Source: a virus (taxonomy: Duplodnaviria > Heunggongvirae > Uroviricota > Caudoviricetes). Taken from it: a DNA stretch of 64,000 nucleotides. Location: IMG/VR virus record IMGVR_UViG_3300044929_000080, one strand, 5' to 3'. This document shows positions 1-8,907 of this stretch, piece by piece. The stretch's first letter is position 1, and the number at the start of each line of letters is the position of its first letter. Made by a program: the position numbers and the translations under genes. Below the pieces are notes generated by a model. The model was not told the DNA's origin, made no database searches, and worked only from the letters and a program-made list of their open reading frames with translations.

Positions 1-8
1 GGCCCTAT

Positions 9-665
9 TCAGAAAGGCGTTGGAACCTCAAAATTCTCCTGCTCCATAGCTAGGTCTAAACTCGGAACGGTCGCCTTCATGACTCGAACCCGCACACTGG
101 AATTCGGTTGATTCTGAAATGGGTCAACGGTTGCAATGTGTGAGTATTCGGTTCCACGCGGCAGAAGAATTTCCACCTCCCTACGCACGACCCCCAATGT
201 GCGCTCGTCATCTCCTGCGTTCCAAACATAGCTTGGAAGCGCGACCCGTGAGCCAGCTGGAAGCACAATAGCGGCGATTGCGCCGCTTCCACGGCTTCTG
301 AACTGACGGGCCTGCCTCTCTACGAGACTCGTGGACGTATATGCCGGATTAGGCTCTCCATAGGAAGACGTCTCGCCGCCGCGCCATAGAAGGATGTCCT
401 TCTTGAAGGCCCAGACGAAGGCACGATCCAGCGACTGAACCCAATCACAATGAGACTCATCACCCGACCGCAAAGCACGGTTCAAAGCCTTTCCGTCTTC
501 CTGACCAACAAACTCGCTGACAGAGTATCTACGAAGGGCTGCTCGCGATTCATCAGACAGATCAGCAACAGAAGCGATCAAACGTGCGGCCGATTTTCCA
601 TTAGCGACAGGCGTGCCAATAGCTTGAAACACAGCATTCTTATAACTCGCGTTTGCCCAACCCAT
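9..665 (-). CDS. ADP-ribosyltransferase, VIP2/C3/phage Alt-Mod-like (R-S-E clade)
   Basis: 218 aa; 'ALRRYS...LNRALR' helix, 'LLWRG' (R), 'YTSTS' (S), 'REVEILLPRG' (ExE); no signal peptide. Confidence 0.8.
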   Translation of the reverse strand: MGWANASYKNAVFQAIGTPVANGKSAARLIASVADLSDESRAALRRYSVSEFVGQEDGKALNRALRSGDESHCDWVQSLDRAFVWAFKKDILLWRGGETSSYGEPNPAYTSTSLVERQARQFRSRGSGAIAAIVLPAGSRVALPSYVWNAGDDERTLGVVRREVEILLPRGTEYSHIATVDPFQNQPNSSVRVRVMKATVPSLDLAMEQENFEVPTPF

Positions 666-817
666 TTTATCACTCCAAAATCATGCTCCATGTAAACACA
701 CTGACCTGAAAATTAAAAATATTGGGGGCAAATTTGATGACGGAAAACTATTCGTTCTTGAAGAATTGTTTGTTTTCTCCACAATAAATATAACCAAAAA
801 ATCAGGAGCGATTATCA

Positions 818-1435
818 ATGGCGAAATTCCATTTTTTCTATGCCGTCATGAATGCAGGCAAGAGCACCGCTCTCCTGCAGGCCAATCATAATTATACGGT
901 GAATGGTAGCCGTACCCTACTCTTCACGAGTTCCATTGATAATCGCGCTGGTGTTGGCAAGATTTCATCGCGCCTCGGTCTCTCAGAAGACGCAACTGCC
1001 TTATCCGAAAAAGACGACATCTTCGAGATTGTGAAGAGAGAACATCGGAAGAATCCCGTACAGGCGGTATTGATGGACGAAATTCAGTTCATGACGCCTG
1101 AACACATTTATCAGGCTTCGGAAATTGTCGACCGACTTAACATTCCCGTCATGGCGTACGGCCTTAAGAACAACAGCCAGGGTGAGCTGTTTAGCAAATC
1201 AGTTGCTACCATTTTGGCCTTGGCTGACAAGCTCGCCGAGCAGAAGCAGACCTGCCATTGCGGGAGTAAGGCAAACATGATTCTGCGATATAACCCTGAT
1301 GGTACAATCGTGAAATCTGGACCTGTTGTGGAAGTGGGTGCCGAAAATCGCTATGTCTCAGTATGCCGTAAGCACTACAAGGATGGCAACATTGGCCCAT
1401 ACGCGGCATCTCGACTGTCGAAGAAGGTCGCCTAG
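818..1435 (+). CDS. tdk: Thymidine kinase
   Basis: Walker A 'YAVMNAGKST', 'VLMDEIQF', 'PVMAYGL', Zn ligands 'CHCG' and 'CRKHY'; RBS aggag upstream. Confidence 0.95.
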   Translation: MAKFHFFYAVMNAGKSTALLQANHNYTVNGSRTLLFTSSIDNRAGVGKISSRLGLSEDATALSEKDDIFEIVKREHRKNPVQAVLMDEIQFMTPEHIYQASEIVDRLNIPVMAYGLKNNSQGELFSKSVATILALADKLAEQKQTCHCGSKANMILRYNPDGTIVKSGPVVEVGAENRYVSVCRKHYKDGNIGPYAASRLSKKVA

Positions 1436-1494
1436 AAAAAATTGGTTCTTGCAAGCTTGTTCCGTAAGATGATTGAAAGCGACAGGAGACATTT

Positions 1495-2412
1495 ATGACG
1501 ACTAAGATCACCTACGGAACGACTGATGACGGGTTAACCGCCGCTACAGTAGGCAAAAATACATATTGCATAAGGACAGGAGCAAAAGGCTCTCTTTTCA
1601 TTTCGATGAATATGCACTTTGGGAATCCACCCGAAATATCAACAATGAAAGAGAGAGATTTCTTCTCGCATCTTGGGAATATCGCTGACGTAGACGCCTT
1701 CAAAGCGGAAATGGAAGATATTGCAGCAAATATAGACGAGGTAAGGTCGCTAGGACGCCGCGAGATTGGCAGCTCGACGACGACCCCTTGGGGCAAGTCA
1801 CAGGGAGCGACTGTTTACGTTGAAGATGGCATATACGAACACTCGACCTCCAGCCACGGCGGAATGAAAGTCTACGCAAAGCTAAACAAACTTGTCCCGG
1901 AACCATATAGGAACCAGGATGGTTGGTATGAGCAAGATTCCGAATATGCCAAAGTAATTGTTTCTCTCCCTCAATTTTTCACAAAACGAGAACTGAAAAA
2001 GGCCTTAGATACCGTCATCAACTGGTATCCCGACGAATATGAGAAAGTGACCGGAAATAGAATTCAAGCAGGACAATCACGCGTACGTGACGAGCAAATT
2101 TTTCACGCTAAACACGCCAGCGACTGGATTGGCATCTCTGCAACCAATGTTGAAGACGAGGATGGCAGAAAGCTGACGGCAGTCATTGCTTCAATTGGTG
2201 GAGAACGCTCTCGTTACGAGAATGGCCGCAATATCACCGTGGAAACGAAGACTTTTATGGTTCCACGCGAAGAATATTCAAAGGGATGGCCGCCTTTTGG
2301 TTTCGTAATTGACGAAAGCAGGCATCCAGAATTCGTTGAGAAGCAGCGAGAGGAAGAACTTCGCGAGGCAAGCGAAGACGAACTCAATCATCTCTTCGGG
2401 AAAAAGCTTTAA
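1495..2412 (+). CDS. Hypothetical protein with a plasmid/phage-type domain (resembles DUF7007)
   Basis: 305 aa, RBS aggaga; motif 'TPWG...GI...STSSHGG...WYEQD' recalled from mobile-element proteins. Confidence 0.55.
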   Translation: MTTKITYGTTDDGLTAATVGKNTYCIRTGAKGSLFISMNMHFGNPPEISTMKERDFFSHLGNIADVDAFKAEMEDIAANIDEVRSLGRREIGSSTTTPWGKSQGATVYVEDGIYEHSTSSHGGMKVYAKLNKLVPEPYRNQDGWYEQDSEYAKVIVSLPQFFTKRELKKALDTVINWYPDEYEKVTGNRIQAGQSRVRDEQIFHAKHASDWIGISATNVEDEDGRKLTAVIASIGGERSRYENGRNITVETKTFMVPREEYSKGWPPFGFVIDESRHPEFVEKQREEELREASEDELNHLFGKKL

Positions 2413-2423
2413 TCGATCAGAAC

Positions 2424-2460
2424 ACAAAAAATGCCGAAAACAATTTTCGGCATTTTTTGT
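2424..2460. terminator. Bidirectional intrinsic terminator
   Basis: 17-bp perfect inverted repeat ACAAAAAATGCCGAAAA-caa-TTTTCGGCATTTTTTGT between convergent genes. Confidence 0.85.
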
Positions 2461-2485
2461 TAAAGACCAGTTAGATCCAAATCAA

Positions 2486-3475
2486 TCAATCAAGCGAAAA
2501 CAGAAGATCATCCGTCACAACCTGCCAATAATGATCAGTTTCAAATTCAACCTTCGTCACCTGATCGTAGTTAGCTTGAAAGAAGACAGGACCTAGCCTA
2601 GAAAGCTTTACGTCGTCCTGATAAACAAGTTCCTCACCGCGCCATGCCTTCACGTGCAGAACTTCACCTTCGGCCTCGCGCCAAGCCGATGTAAAATTCC
2701 CACCTATAAAATCAAACGGCTTGTCACGATAAACGGTCATAGGATGACCTGAACCGTTGTAAGCTATGAATTCCCCAGATGTCGTTCCGTTAATGTAACC
2801 CTCGCTTTTATAGAAACGTTGATGAGCCACAACCCAATTCTGCCAATTCAAACCATAATACCCGTTGGGCATCTTCTTGATTCGAATTGATTTAATGACA
2901 TCTTCAAAATCGATCTTGGTTACCTTTGATGGAATTTTACTCAGTTTACCGTTACCCTTGATAACCGGATAAGGGGAAAAATTAGCTGAAATGTTTGTAC
3001 CGTCCTGAATAATACCAACTAACGATGGTACTGGATTCGCAACCAGCCCCCCTGGAGAACCGACCTTATCAACGATTTCGATTTTCTGCTCGGCATTCCC
3101 TGTAGTTACTCGCCACCCTTTTGGGGGAAGGACCTTGAATAAATATGTCCCTGGCAACTTTATTTGAGCGTATTCAACATTCGATGACGCCACGAAATTT
3201 GCAAACCCGTCGATATTAGTGGGTACATAAATGACGTTACCATCTTCAGAGGTAAGCGAAACACGAATATCAGCTACTGGACGATCATTGAGTCCGTAAT
3301 TAGCATCATTCTCGATATCATTGAAAACAAATGACGAGATGTGAACGTCGCCTTCTCTAGAAATATTGAAATCACGAGAAGCGTAGAAACTTTCTGTAGT
3401 GTCGGGGGAGGATGCCAGAACAGGTGACACTATAATAGCAGCCACACCCCCTATAATAATAGACTTTATATTCAT
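2486..3475 (-). CDS. Secreted protein, possible SdrD-B/Cna-B-like N-terminal domain
   Basis: Signal-peptide-like N-terminus (MNIKSIIIGGVAAIIVSPVLA); 'DRPVADIRVSLT..DG...TNIDGFANF...PGTY...PPKGWRVT' pattern. Confidence 0.55.
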   Translation of the reverse strand: MNIKSIIIGGVAAIIVSPVLASSPDTTESFYASRDFNISREGDVHISSFVFNDIENDANYGLNDRPVADIRVSLTSEDGNVIYVPTNIDGFANFVASSNVEYAQIKLPGTYLFKVLPPKGWRVTTGNAEQKIEIVDKVGSPGGLVANPVPSLVGIIQDGTNISANFSPYPVIKGNGKLSKIPSKVTKIDFEDVIKSIRIKKMPNGYYGLNWQNWVVAHQRFYKSEGYINGTTSGEFIAYNGSGHPMTVYRDKPFDFIGGNFTSAWREAEGEVLHVKAWRGEELVYQDDVKLSRLGPVFFQANYDQVTKVEFETDHYWQVVTDDLLFSLD

Positions 3476-3906
3476 TTTACCTCCTTTTTATCCATCGAAT
3501 TCATTACGAACAATATTCGTTCCATCGGCCCTAGATGCGGAACCATTTTGTTCAAAGCTATCATTAGGTTCCTTCGGTAGGCACCTCTGATCTTTAAAAA
3601 ATCAGTCGGCCTAAATCGTTTATTTCGGACTATAGCCTCAAAAAGGCCTTCTGCCATAAAATTGGGGGCTATAACAAGAACGCCACTATCAGAACCAATT
3701 GTTAAAGGTTCCGGCCAATCTCCGCGTAGTTTTCTCAACAAAAAAGTTGATGCATCTTCATCCAGGGAAAGAATTTTCAATAAATCTGTAAATACATGCC
3801 ATGGCATGTCCGGAACTCCGTTTTTCCCGAAAACGGGAGAACTAAAATACCTGGTTCTAACTCCAAAAACATCTTCTACGTGTATGGGGTTAACGACATT
3901 TGTCAT
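3472..3906 (-). CDS. Hypothetical protein (weak Bro-N/antirepressor-like appearance)
   Basis: 144 aa ORF overlapping both neighbours in an operon; 'PDMPWHVFTDL' motif. Confidence 0.55.
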   Translation of the reverse strand: MTNVVNPIHVEDVFGVRTRYFSSPVFGKNGVPDMPWHVFTDLLKILSLDEDASTFLLRKLRGDWPEPLTIGSDSGVLVIAPNFMAEGLFEAIVRNKRFRPTDFLKIRGAYRRNLMIALNKMVPHLGPMERILFVMNSMDKKEVK

Positions 3907-4247
3907 TATCCATATTCCTTTAATTCGGCATCACATGAGTCTAACACGTCATCAAGATTTTCATTAATGCCGCACTCTTTGCATAAATCCCAAAGCAACC
4001 CTAAACCGCTTTCCCAATCGCCAGATTTTAAATATGCACAATATCCGCTTTCCTGTTCGTCCTTAGTTGGGTCAGAACCCCAGTATGGACAGACATCAGT
4101 TTTAAAAACTGGGTTGCCATCCTGTCTGACATCCATATCAGTAATGCGTTTATAACAATACAAACCCTCTGGGATGACATTTTCTGATCGTTTTAACTCG
4201 GCCGCGCGCTGGTTTGCTGCCTCCACGCTTCGAATAAAGTTGGTCAT
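3906..4247 (-). CDS. Small Cys-rich hypothetical protein of phage/megaplasmid type
   Basis: Start moved to ATG 4247 (RBS ggag); 'YCY...CPYW...GYCAYL...LLWDLCKECG'. Confidence 0.65.
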   Translation of the reverse strand: MTNFIRSVEAANQRAAELKRSENVIPEGLYCYKRITDMDVRQDGNPVFKTDVCPYWGSDPTKDEQESGYCAYLKSGDWESGLGLLWDLCKECGINENLDDVLDSCDAELKEYG

Positions 4248-4364
4248 GGACACTCCATAAAAATAATAATACAGTGCGCTCAAAAATAGTTGTGGTCAAT
4301 ATTGTCGTTGTTAATTTGCATAATCAGCATTTAATGTAATAGCATTATTTTACGGAGAAAAAAA

Positions 4365-5492
4365 ATGCAAACTATCGCTGATACATTTCAGGATCTAAAC
4401 AGCCATTTCCTTAAAAATCTGGGCCTCACAGCGAAATTCGTTGAACCGGAAGATTTCGACGATAATTATTTAATTGAATTTGTAAATAAAAACGGTGAAG
4501 TTTCCGTTGTCTCTGTCCATCTGGATGGACCAGATACGCTACAAGGCAGTTGCGTAAATCTTGTACACGTAGAAACGCGAAATTTAGAAGACGGCTGGAT
4601 ATTTAAGGAAGTTACAGCTGTGGAAGAATTAAATACTTCCAATTCTACAGCAACCAACATTTTGAACGCTCTCACTAAATATGGTCTCGAATTCGAACCT
4701 ACCAGTCGGTTAGCCGATAAAACTATGACCCATCCACTTTTTATTGAAGCATACGATAGAGTAAAAGCTATATCATCAGATGCTGTGATTATACCTTTAC
4801 ATACAAATACAGGCCTTGAGGGGTTCAATATCACATTTGACAGTGGGAAAACGTTACAAATCAGCGTTGATAAAGGCACGTTCAATTTGACCGAATTGGA
4901 AACGGGAAATACAACCAGTTATGATAATTCGCGCCATAACGGATTAGATAAATTGGCAACTGAACTGGAGAATTTCATTAATGCTGCTTCAATAAGCGAT
5001 AGCCTGTCTCAACTCAGCGAAGCAATAGAAAAATATGTCCCATCCGAAAATTTGAAATGGAGCCACTCTGTAGAGCTGGGAACTTATATTGAGAAATATG
5101 CTATGGGTATTGACCCTAATGATGGCGAAGTTACCATTGTTAGAGGATGGAAACATCTAAACAACAAACCAACACTGAGCGTTGATTTGTGCATCCCTTT
5201 TGACGAGTTTGCGGACGAGGTTAATGATGATTTATTCCCACACCGCGCTTTTTCAGACAAAATGGAAAATGAGTTGCGATCCGCACTTAAAAATCAGTCA
5301 TTTGAGGTGCTTTGGGCATCTTCATTTGAAAATGACGCAACTTTTATTGCGCGTACAATTAAATTAAATCGCGAGGAACACGTTATTGCAGGTACCATTG
5401 ATTATAGTGGTAGTACAACAAAGGTTGAAATTCATTTAGATACACCGACGAACTCACTTCGCCCAGATTACTCTCCTAAACCAAGATTTTAA
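4365..5492 (+). CDS. Hypothetical acidic protein
   Basis: 375 aa ORF with RBS ggag; no recognised motif. Confidence 0.7.
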   Translation: MQTIADTFQDLNSHFLKNLGLTAKFVEPEDFDDNYLIEFVNKNGEVSVVSVHLDGPDTLQGSCVNLVHVETRNLEDGWIFKEVTAVEELNTSNSTATNILNALTKYGLEFEPTSRLADKTMTHPLFIEAYDRVKAISSDAVIIPLHTNTGLEGFNITFDSGKTLQISVDKGTFNLTELETGNTTSYDNSRHNGLDKLATELENFINAASISDSLSQLSEAIEKYVPSENLKWSHSVELGTYIEKYAMGIDPNDGEVTIVRGWKHLNNKPTLSVDLCIPFDEFADEVNDDLFPHRAFSDKMENELRSALKNQSFEVLWASSFENDATFIARTIKLNREEHVIAGTIDYSGSTTKVEIHLDTPTNSLRPDYSPKPRF

Positions 5493-5514
5493 TGTAGCAA
5501 GGGGCAGAAATGAG

Positions 5515-6270
5515 ATGCCCCTTTTTCTGAGAAAAGAAATGGTTTCAGGTACTCACGAAACAATGAGGACAATTAAAGTTTACACGGATGCCTCCCATGA
5601 CAGAATTTCGTCTGGCATGGGTATCGTTGTTCGATTTAACGATTTGGCTTTCTTTGAAGCGATGTCAGTAAAAATTGAAACGTCGTCACAGGATGGCGAA
5701 TTGTCCGCTGCAGTACACGGTCTCTTTCACGCCATCAGATTCGGCAGCAAGGGAACCAGGATTATTCTGATGACCGATTTCCTGCCTATGGTTGATTTCG
5801 CTTACGATAAGCGTCTAAAAAACGTGGATTACTATAGGGCGATGTTTAATCCTATTTTCGATCTCGCGGATGAAAAAGGTGTTAGTATCGAAGTACGGCA
5901 TCTTCGAGGACATGGGGGTGGTAACGATAATTATGACGACGAAGATGCCTGGTTTAACGGTATTGCTCACTGCCTTGCCAGCATCGGTAGAAGTGGAAAC
6001 AATTTGACTACCTTTCTATCTGATGACGGCAACATTAGACAAAAAGCACAGGATTTCCATTGGCGTCTTCATCCCTACAAGGAAAGCCTTCGCCGCAATT
6101 CGCTTGACGTGAACGAAGCATCTAGCGAACTGGGTATTGACGTGGATGCCGTAAGAAAACTTATAGCCAACGGACATATGCATTTTAATAGCGATACTTT
6201 ACGTATTCCAATGTACTCAGTGAATAAAATTAAAGCTCACATTGAGAAAATTTCGTCACCAACAATATAA
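5515..6270 (+). CDS. RNase H-like protein with C-terminal HTH
   Basis: 'VYTDAS', 'GELSA', 'MTDF', 'HLRGH', 'FNGIAHCLA' follow the RNase HI pattern; C-terminal 'LDVNEASSELGIDVDAVRKLIANG' resembles an excisionase/MerR HTH. Confidence 0.7.
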   Translation: MPLFLRKEMVSGTHETMRTIKVYTDASHDRISSGMGIVVRFNDLAFFEAMSVKIETSSQDGELSAAVHGLFHAIRFGSKGTRIILMTDFLPMVDFAYDKRLKNVDYYRAMFNPIFDLADEKGVSIEVRHLRGHGGGNDNYDDEDAWFNGIAHCLASIGRSGNNLTTFLSDDGNIRQKAQDFHWRLHPYKESLRRNSLDVNEASSELGIDVDAVRKLIANGHMHFNSDTLRIPMYSVNKIKAHIEKISSPTI

Positions 6271-6470
6271 GTTTCACGACACGCTACTATTCAACAGTGT
6301 GCGTGATAATTTTATAGATGATTACGCGTCCATAACCTTCTAAAAGGGTTATGCATTGATATTCTGTTTGAAATGCAAAGGCGAGCTTGCGTTTTTCTCC
6401 GACTCCATTTAAGGAGTTTTTGATTAAATTTTTTCTGATTTACCTACGGAGGGTTCAGAATTTAGTGAGC

Positions 6471-6500
6471 AGCTGATCATACCAACTGGTATGATCAGCT
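6471..6500. repeat. 30-bp perfect palindrome (14-bp arms, 2-nt spacer) upstream of jetA
   Basis: AGCTGATCATACCA-ac-TGGTATGATCAGCT. Confidence 0.9.
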
Positions 6501-6700
6501 ATTCTTAACTAAAATCGTAATGGTTAGGGGTTGAGTAGGTTTAACATTTCCGCAGTAAATTCAACCTTTTAAGGTAAAGAATAATTTTTTGACACTGCGA
6601 TATCTGAGTATAAATCTGATCGATATGTAATAGAGGATTCTTCTAAAACAATTCGACCAGTTAACAACTTGGTAGCTTATAGGCGAACAGAAATCTAAAC

Positions 6701-8104
6701 ATGGCATTATTCGACGTACTACCGTCAGATTTGTTTAAGCCACTGGCATCTCCTTCGAGAAGGTTTTATGCCGACCTTTTGCTGAATCTTCACGAGAAAA
6801 CATTTTCGCTTGCGGCCGAAGCTCCAAGAAGAACGCAAGTCATTCAGGAAATCGGTGACTTCCTTACTCGTTGGGAATTCGCCAATAATGAGACTGTGGA
6901 TCGTGATGAGGAAAAAGCGACGGCTCTTGAGGATCGTGCGCGCACGATTTACCAGCGTCTCGTTGATACTGGATGGATGATTGAACATAAGGATCGGTAC
7001 ATCCGACTTGTCGATCTTGATCCAGATGCAAGTGGATTGCTCCATGTTCTTGCTGGTATCGAGCGGGGAGATACACGCACATATGGCGGTGCTGTAATTG
7101 CAGTCCTCACTTCCCTAGAAAGTGCAACCAGTCATCCTGCAGATCGTTCTGAAAATATTCGCAACGCGCTGATTGGTGCTCGCGATTTCATGGCGCATAT
7201 GCGAATGGTATCTGTCTCGTTGCGCAAAGTTGAAGAAAGAATTGTTCGGCAGGATAATCTTAGGGATATCTTTCGTCATTTTTTTGAAGACTTTGTTCAG
7301 CGCCATCTGATTGCTGATTTTAAAACACTACACACAAAGAACAATCCGTTCAGGTTCAGAAGCACTATCATTCATCAAGCGCAGAAAATGCTGAATGATC
7401 CCCTTCTCTTGTTCGCATTGGGCGAGGCTTATTGGCGGGAGGGTCGCGCGCAGAACGCGCATCAAGGTGAACTCGCTGTTTCAGCAGACTTAGGGAATAT
7501 TATTGCCATTTTCGAGAGCACCGAAGGGCATTTATCTGCAATCGACAACACAGCTGCGAGCATCGAAAAAAGGATTATGACGACGGCGCGCTACATGGAT
7601 CGTATTGGACGGTCTACAGAAGCACGCCTCATCGAGGCAATGAAAGCACTCTCCAGTGCATCCGGCGACGTTGATAACAGACTTGTTCAACCCCCATTTT
7701 TGCCGACTTTCCTGCCTATCGGTCCAGCGCATATTCCAACTCCACGTCGTGAGAAGCCTCCAATTGAAATTTCTGGTCTCAGGGAAAACAAGAAAGACCC
7801 AGGACTGGAATTATTTATTGCAGCTAAGGCGGACTATACAAAACGTACGCGGGTAGCACCTCAGCGACTAGCAGAGTTCATACAAAAGGCACTCGGCGAT
7901 CAGACGTCGATAAAGGGTTCAGAGATTAAAATTGTTTCTGTCGATGATTTCGTATGTTTTCAAAGATTACGTGAAATCAAATCGATATTTGATGGCTTTA
8001 TCGCCAAGAAGTATGAACTTGAATACCTTGATACGCGACTTCACAACGAATGGATTGAATGCCAGGACTTTGTGATAAAGCCAAAAAAGCAAACTAAGGT
8101 GTAG
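6701..8104 (+). CDS. jetA: Wadjet JetA (kleisin-like subunit)
   Basis: 467 aa; N-terminus 'LFDVLPSDLFKPLASPSRRFYADLL' recalled as DUF5716-type JetA; first gene of a tight A-B-SMC operon. Confidence 0.8.
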   Translation: MALFDVLPSDLFKPLASPSRRFYADLLLNLHEKTFSLAAEAPRRTQVIQEIGDFLTRWEFANNETVDRDEEKATALEDRARTIYQRLVDTGWMIEHKDRYIRLVDLDPDASGLLHVLAGIERGDTRTYGGAVIAVLTSLESATSHPADRSENIRNALIGARDFMAHMRMVSVSLRKVEERIVRQDNLRDIFRHFFEDFVQRHLIADFKTLHTKNNPFRFRSTIIHQAQKMLNDPLLLFALGEAYWREGRAQNAHQGELAVSADLGNIIAIFESTEGHLSAIDNTAASIEKRIMTTARYMDRIGRSTEARLIEAMKALSSASGDVDNRLVQPPFLPTFLPIGPAHIPTPRREKPPIEISGLRENKKDPGLELFIAAKADYTKRTRVAPQRLAEFIQKALGDQTSIKGSEIKIVSVDDFVCFQRLREIKSIFDGFIAKKYELEYLDTRLHNEWIECQDFVIKPKKQTKV

Positions 8105-8105
8105 T

Positions 8106-8861
8106 ATGTCGACAGTAATTGATGAATTCGAACAAATCATCGACGGCGACTGGAAACTTGGTTCTATTGCTGGAAAGAAGCCGACGCGTGAAGAACTGAT
8201 ACGTTGCACTCAAGCACTTTTGACGCGTCAGTGCATATACCCATCATCACCTGGCCTTGGAAGAACATATGAGCTTATTCGCGCGTATTCTTCTTATTTT
8301 GAGGCGTATTTTTCTTGCATGGGGTATCGTCTTGTTATCGCAGCTCGCGATCAGATGGTCGCCCTTTCAGTTCCGCAGGAACAAACGCGCTATGACGCTG
8401 CCTACCAGCGCTTAAGCAAAGAACAGACCATCGTCCTACTCGCCCTTCGTCTGATGTGGGAAGAGGGAGTTAACAATCAAGACGTTCAGGAAGGCGGCAT
8501 CGTCGAGACTACAACTGGCGATTTGATTGACCGGATAAAAAGTGTCACGCAAGGCACCCCTCTTGATGAGCGGCCACTGCTCGACGTTTTGAGATTTTTC
8601 CAACGTTACGGCGTTGTCCGTGTCGGTGAACGTGACCGCATTGAACGCGTCTCTCCGCTTTCCATACTGCCTGGTGTAAATGTGGTCGTTCCTGACAGCT
8701 TTGTCGAAGATTTGAAACTTTGGCTTGCGAGTCCTGAAAACAGGGATCAGAAACCGCCAGCTCAACAGATTGAACAGCCTGAAAAGAGTGTTGATGTCGA
8801 TATTGACACAACATCCAATCTCCCTGATGTCGATCTCAGCAGTTTCGAAACCGAACAGTGA
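8106..8861 (+). CDS. jetB: Wadjet JetB (KITE-like, DUF4194-type)
   Basis: 251 aa between JetA and the SMC ATPase; 'LSKEQTIVLLALRLMWEE', 'ILPGVNVVV'. Confidence 0.8.
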   Translation: MSTVIDEFEQIIDGDWKLGSIAGKKPTREELIRCTQALLTRQCIYPSSPGLGRTYELIRAYSSYFEAYFSCMGYRLVIAARDQMVALSVPQEQTRYDAAYQRLSKEQTIVLLALRLMWEEGVNNQDVQEGGIVETTTGDLIDRIKSVTQGTPLDERPLLDVLRFFQRYGVVRVGERDRIERVSPLSILPGVNVVVPDSFVEDLKLWLASPENRDQKPPAQQIEQPEKSVDVDIDTTSNLPDVDLSSFETEQ

Positions 8862-8907
8862 CCTGACAACACGTCTTCGTGTCTTATTACTATAAAGGAG
8901 CTGACCA

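Noticed and set aside
4248-4283. TTG-started extension 'MSALYYYFYG' with a YYY run
   Set aside because: It is an in-frame extension in AT-rich DNA upstream of the RBS-bearing ATG 4247, with no Tyr-related gene or attenuator hairpins. It shows TAT runs can arise by chance, so the tyrS leader call rests on position, promoter and structure as well.
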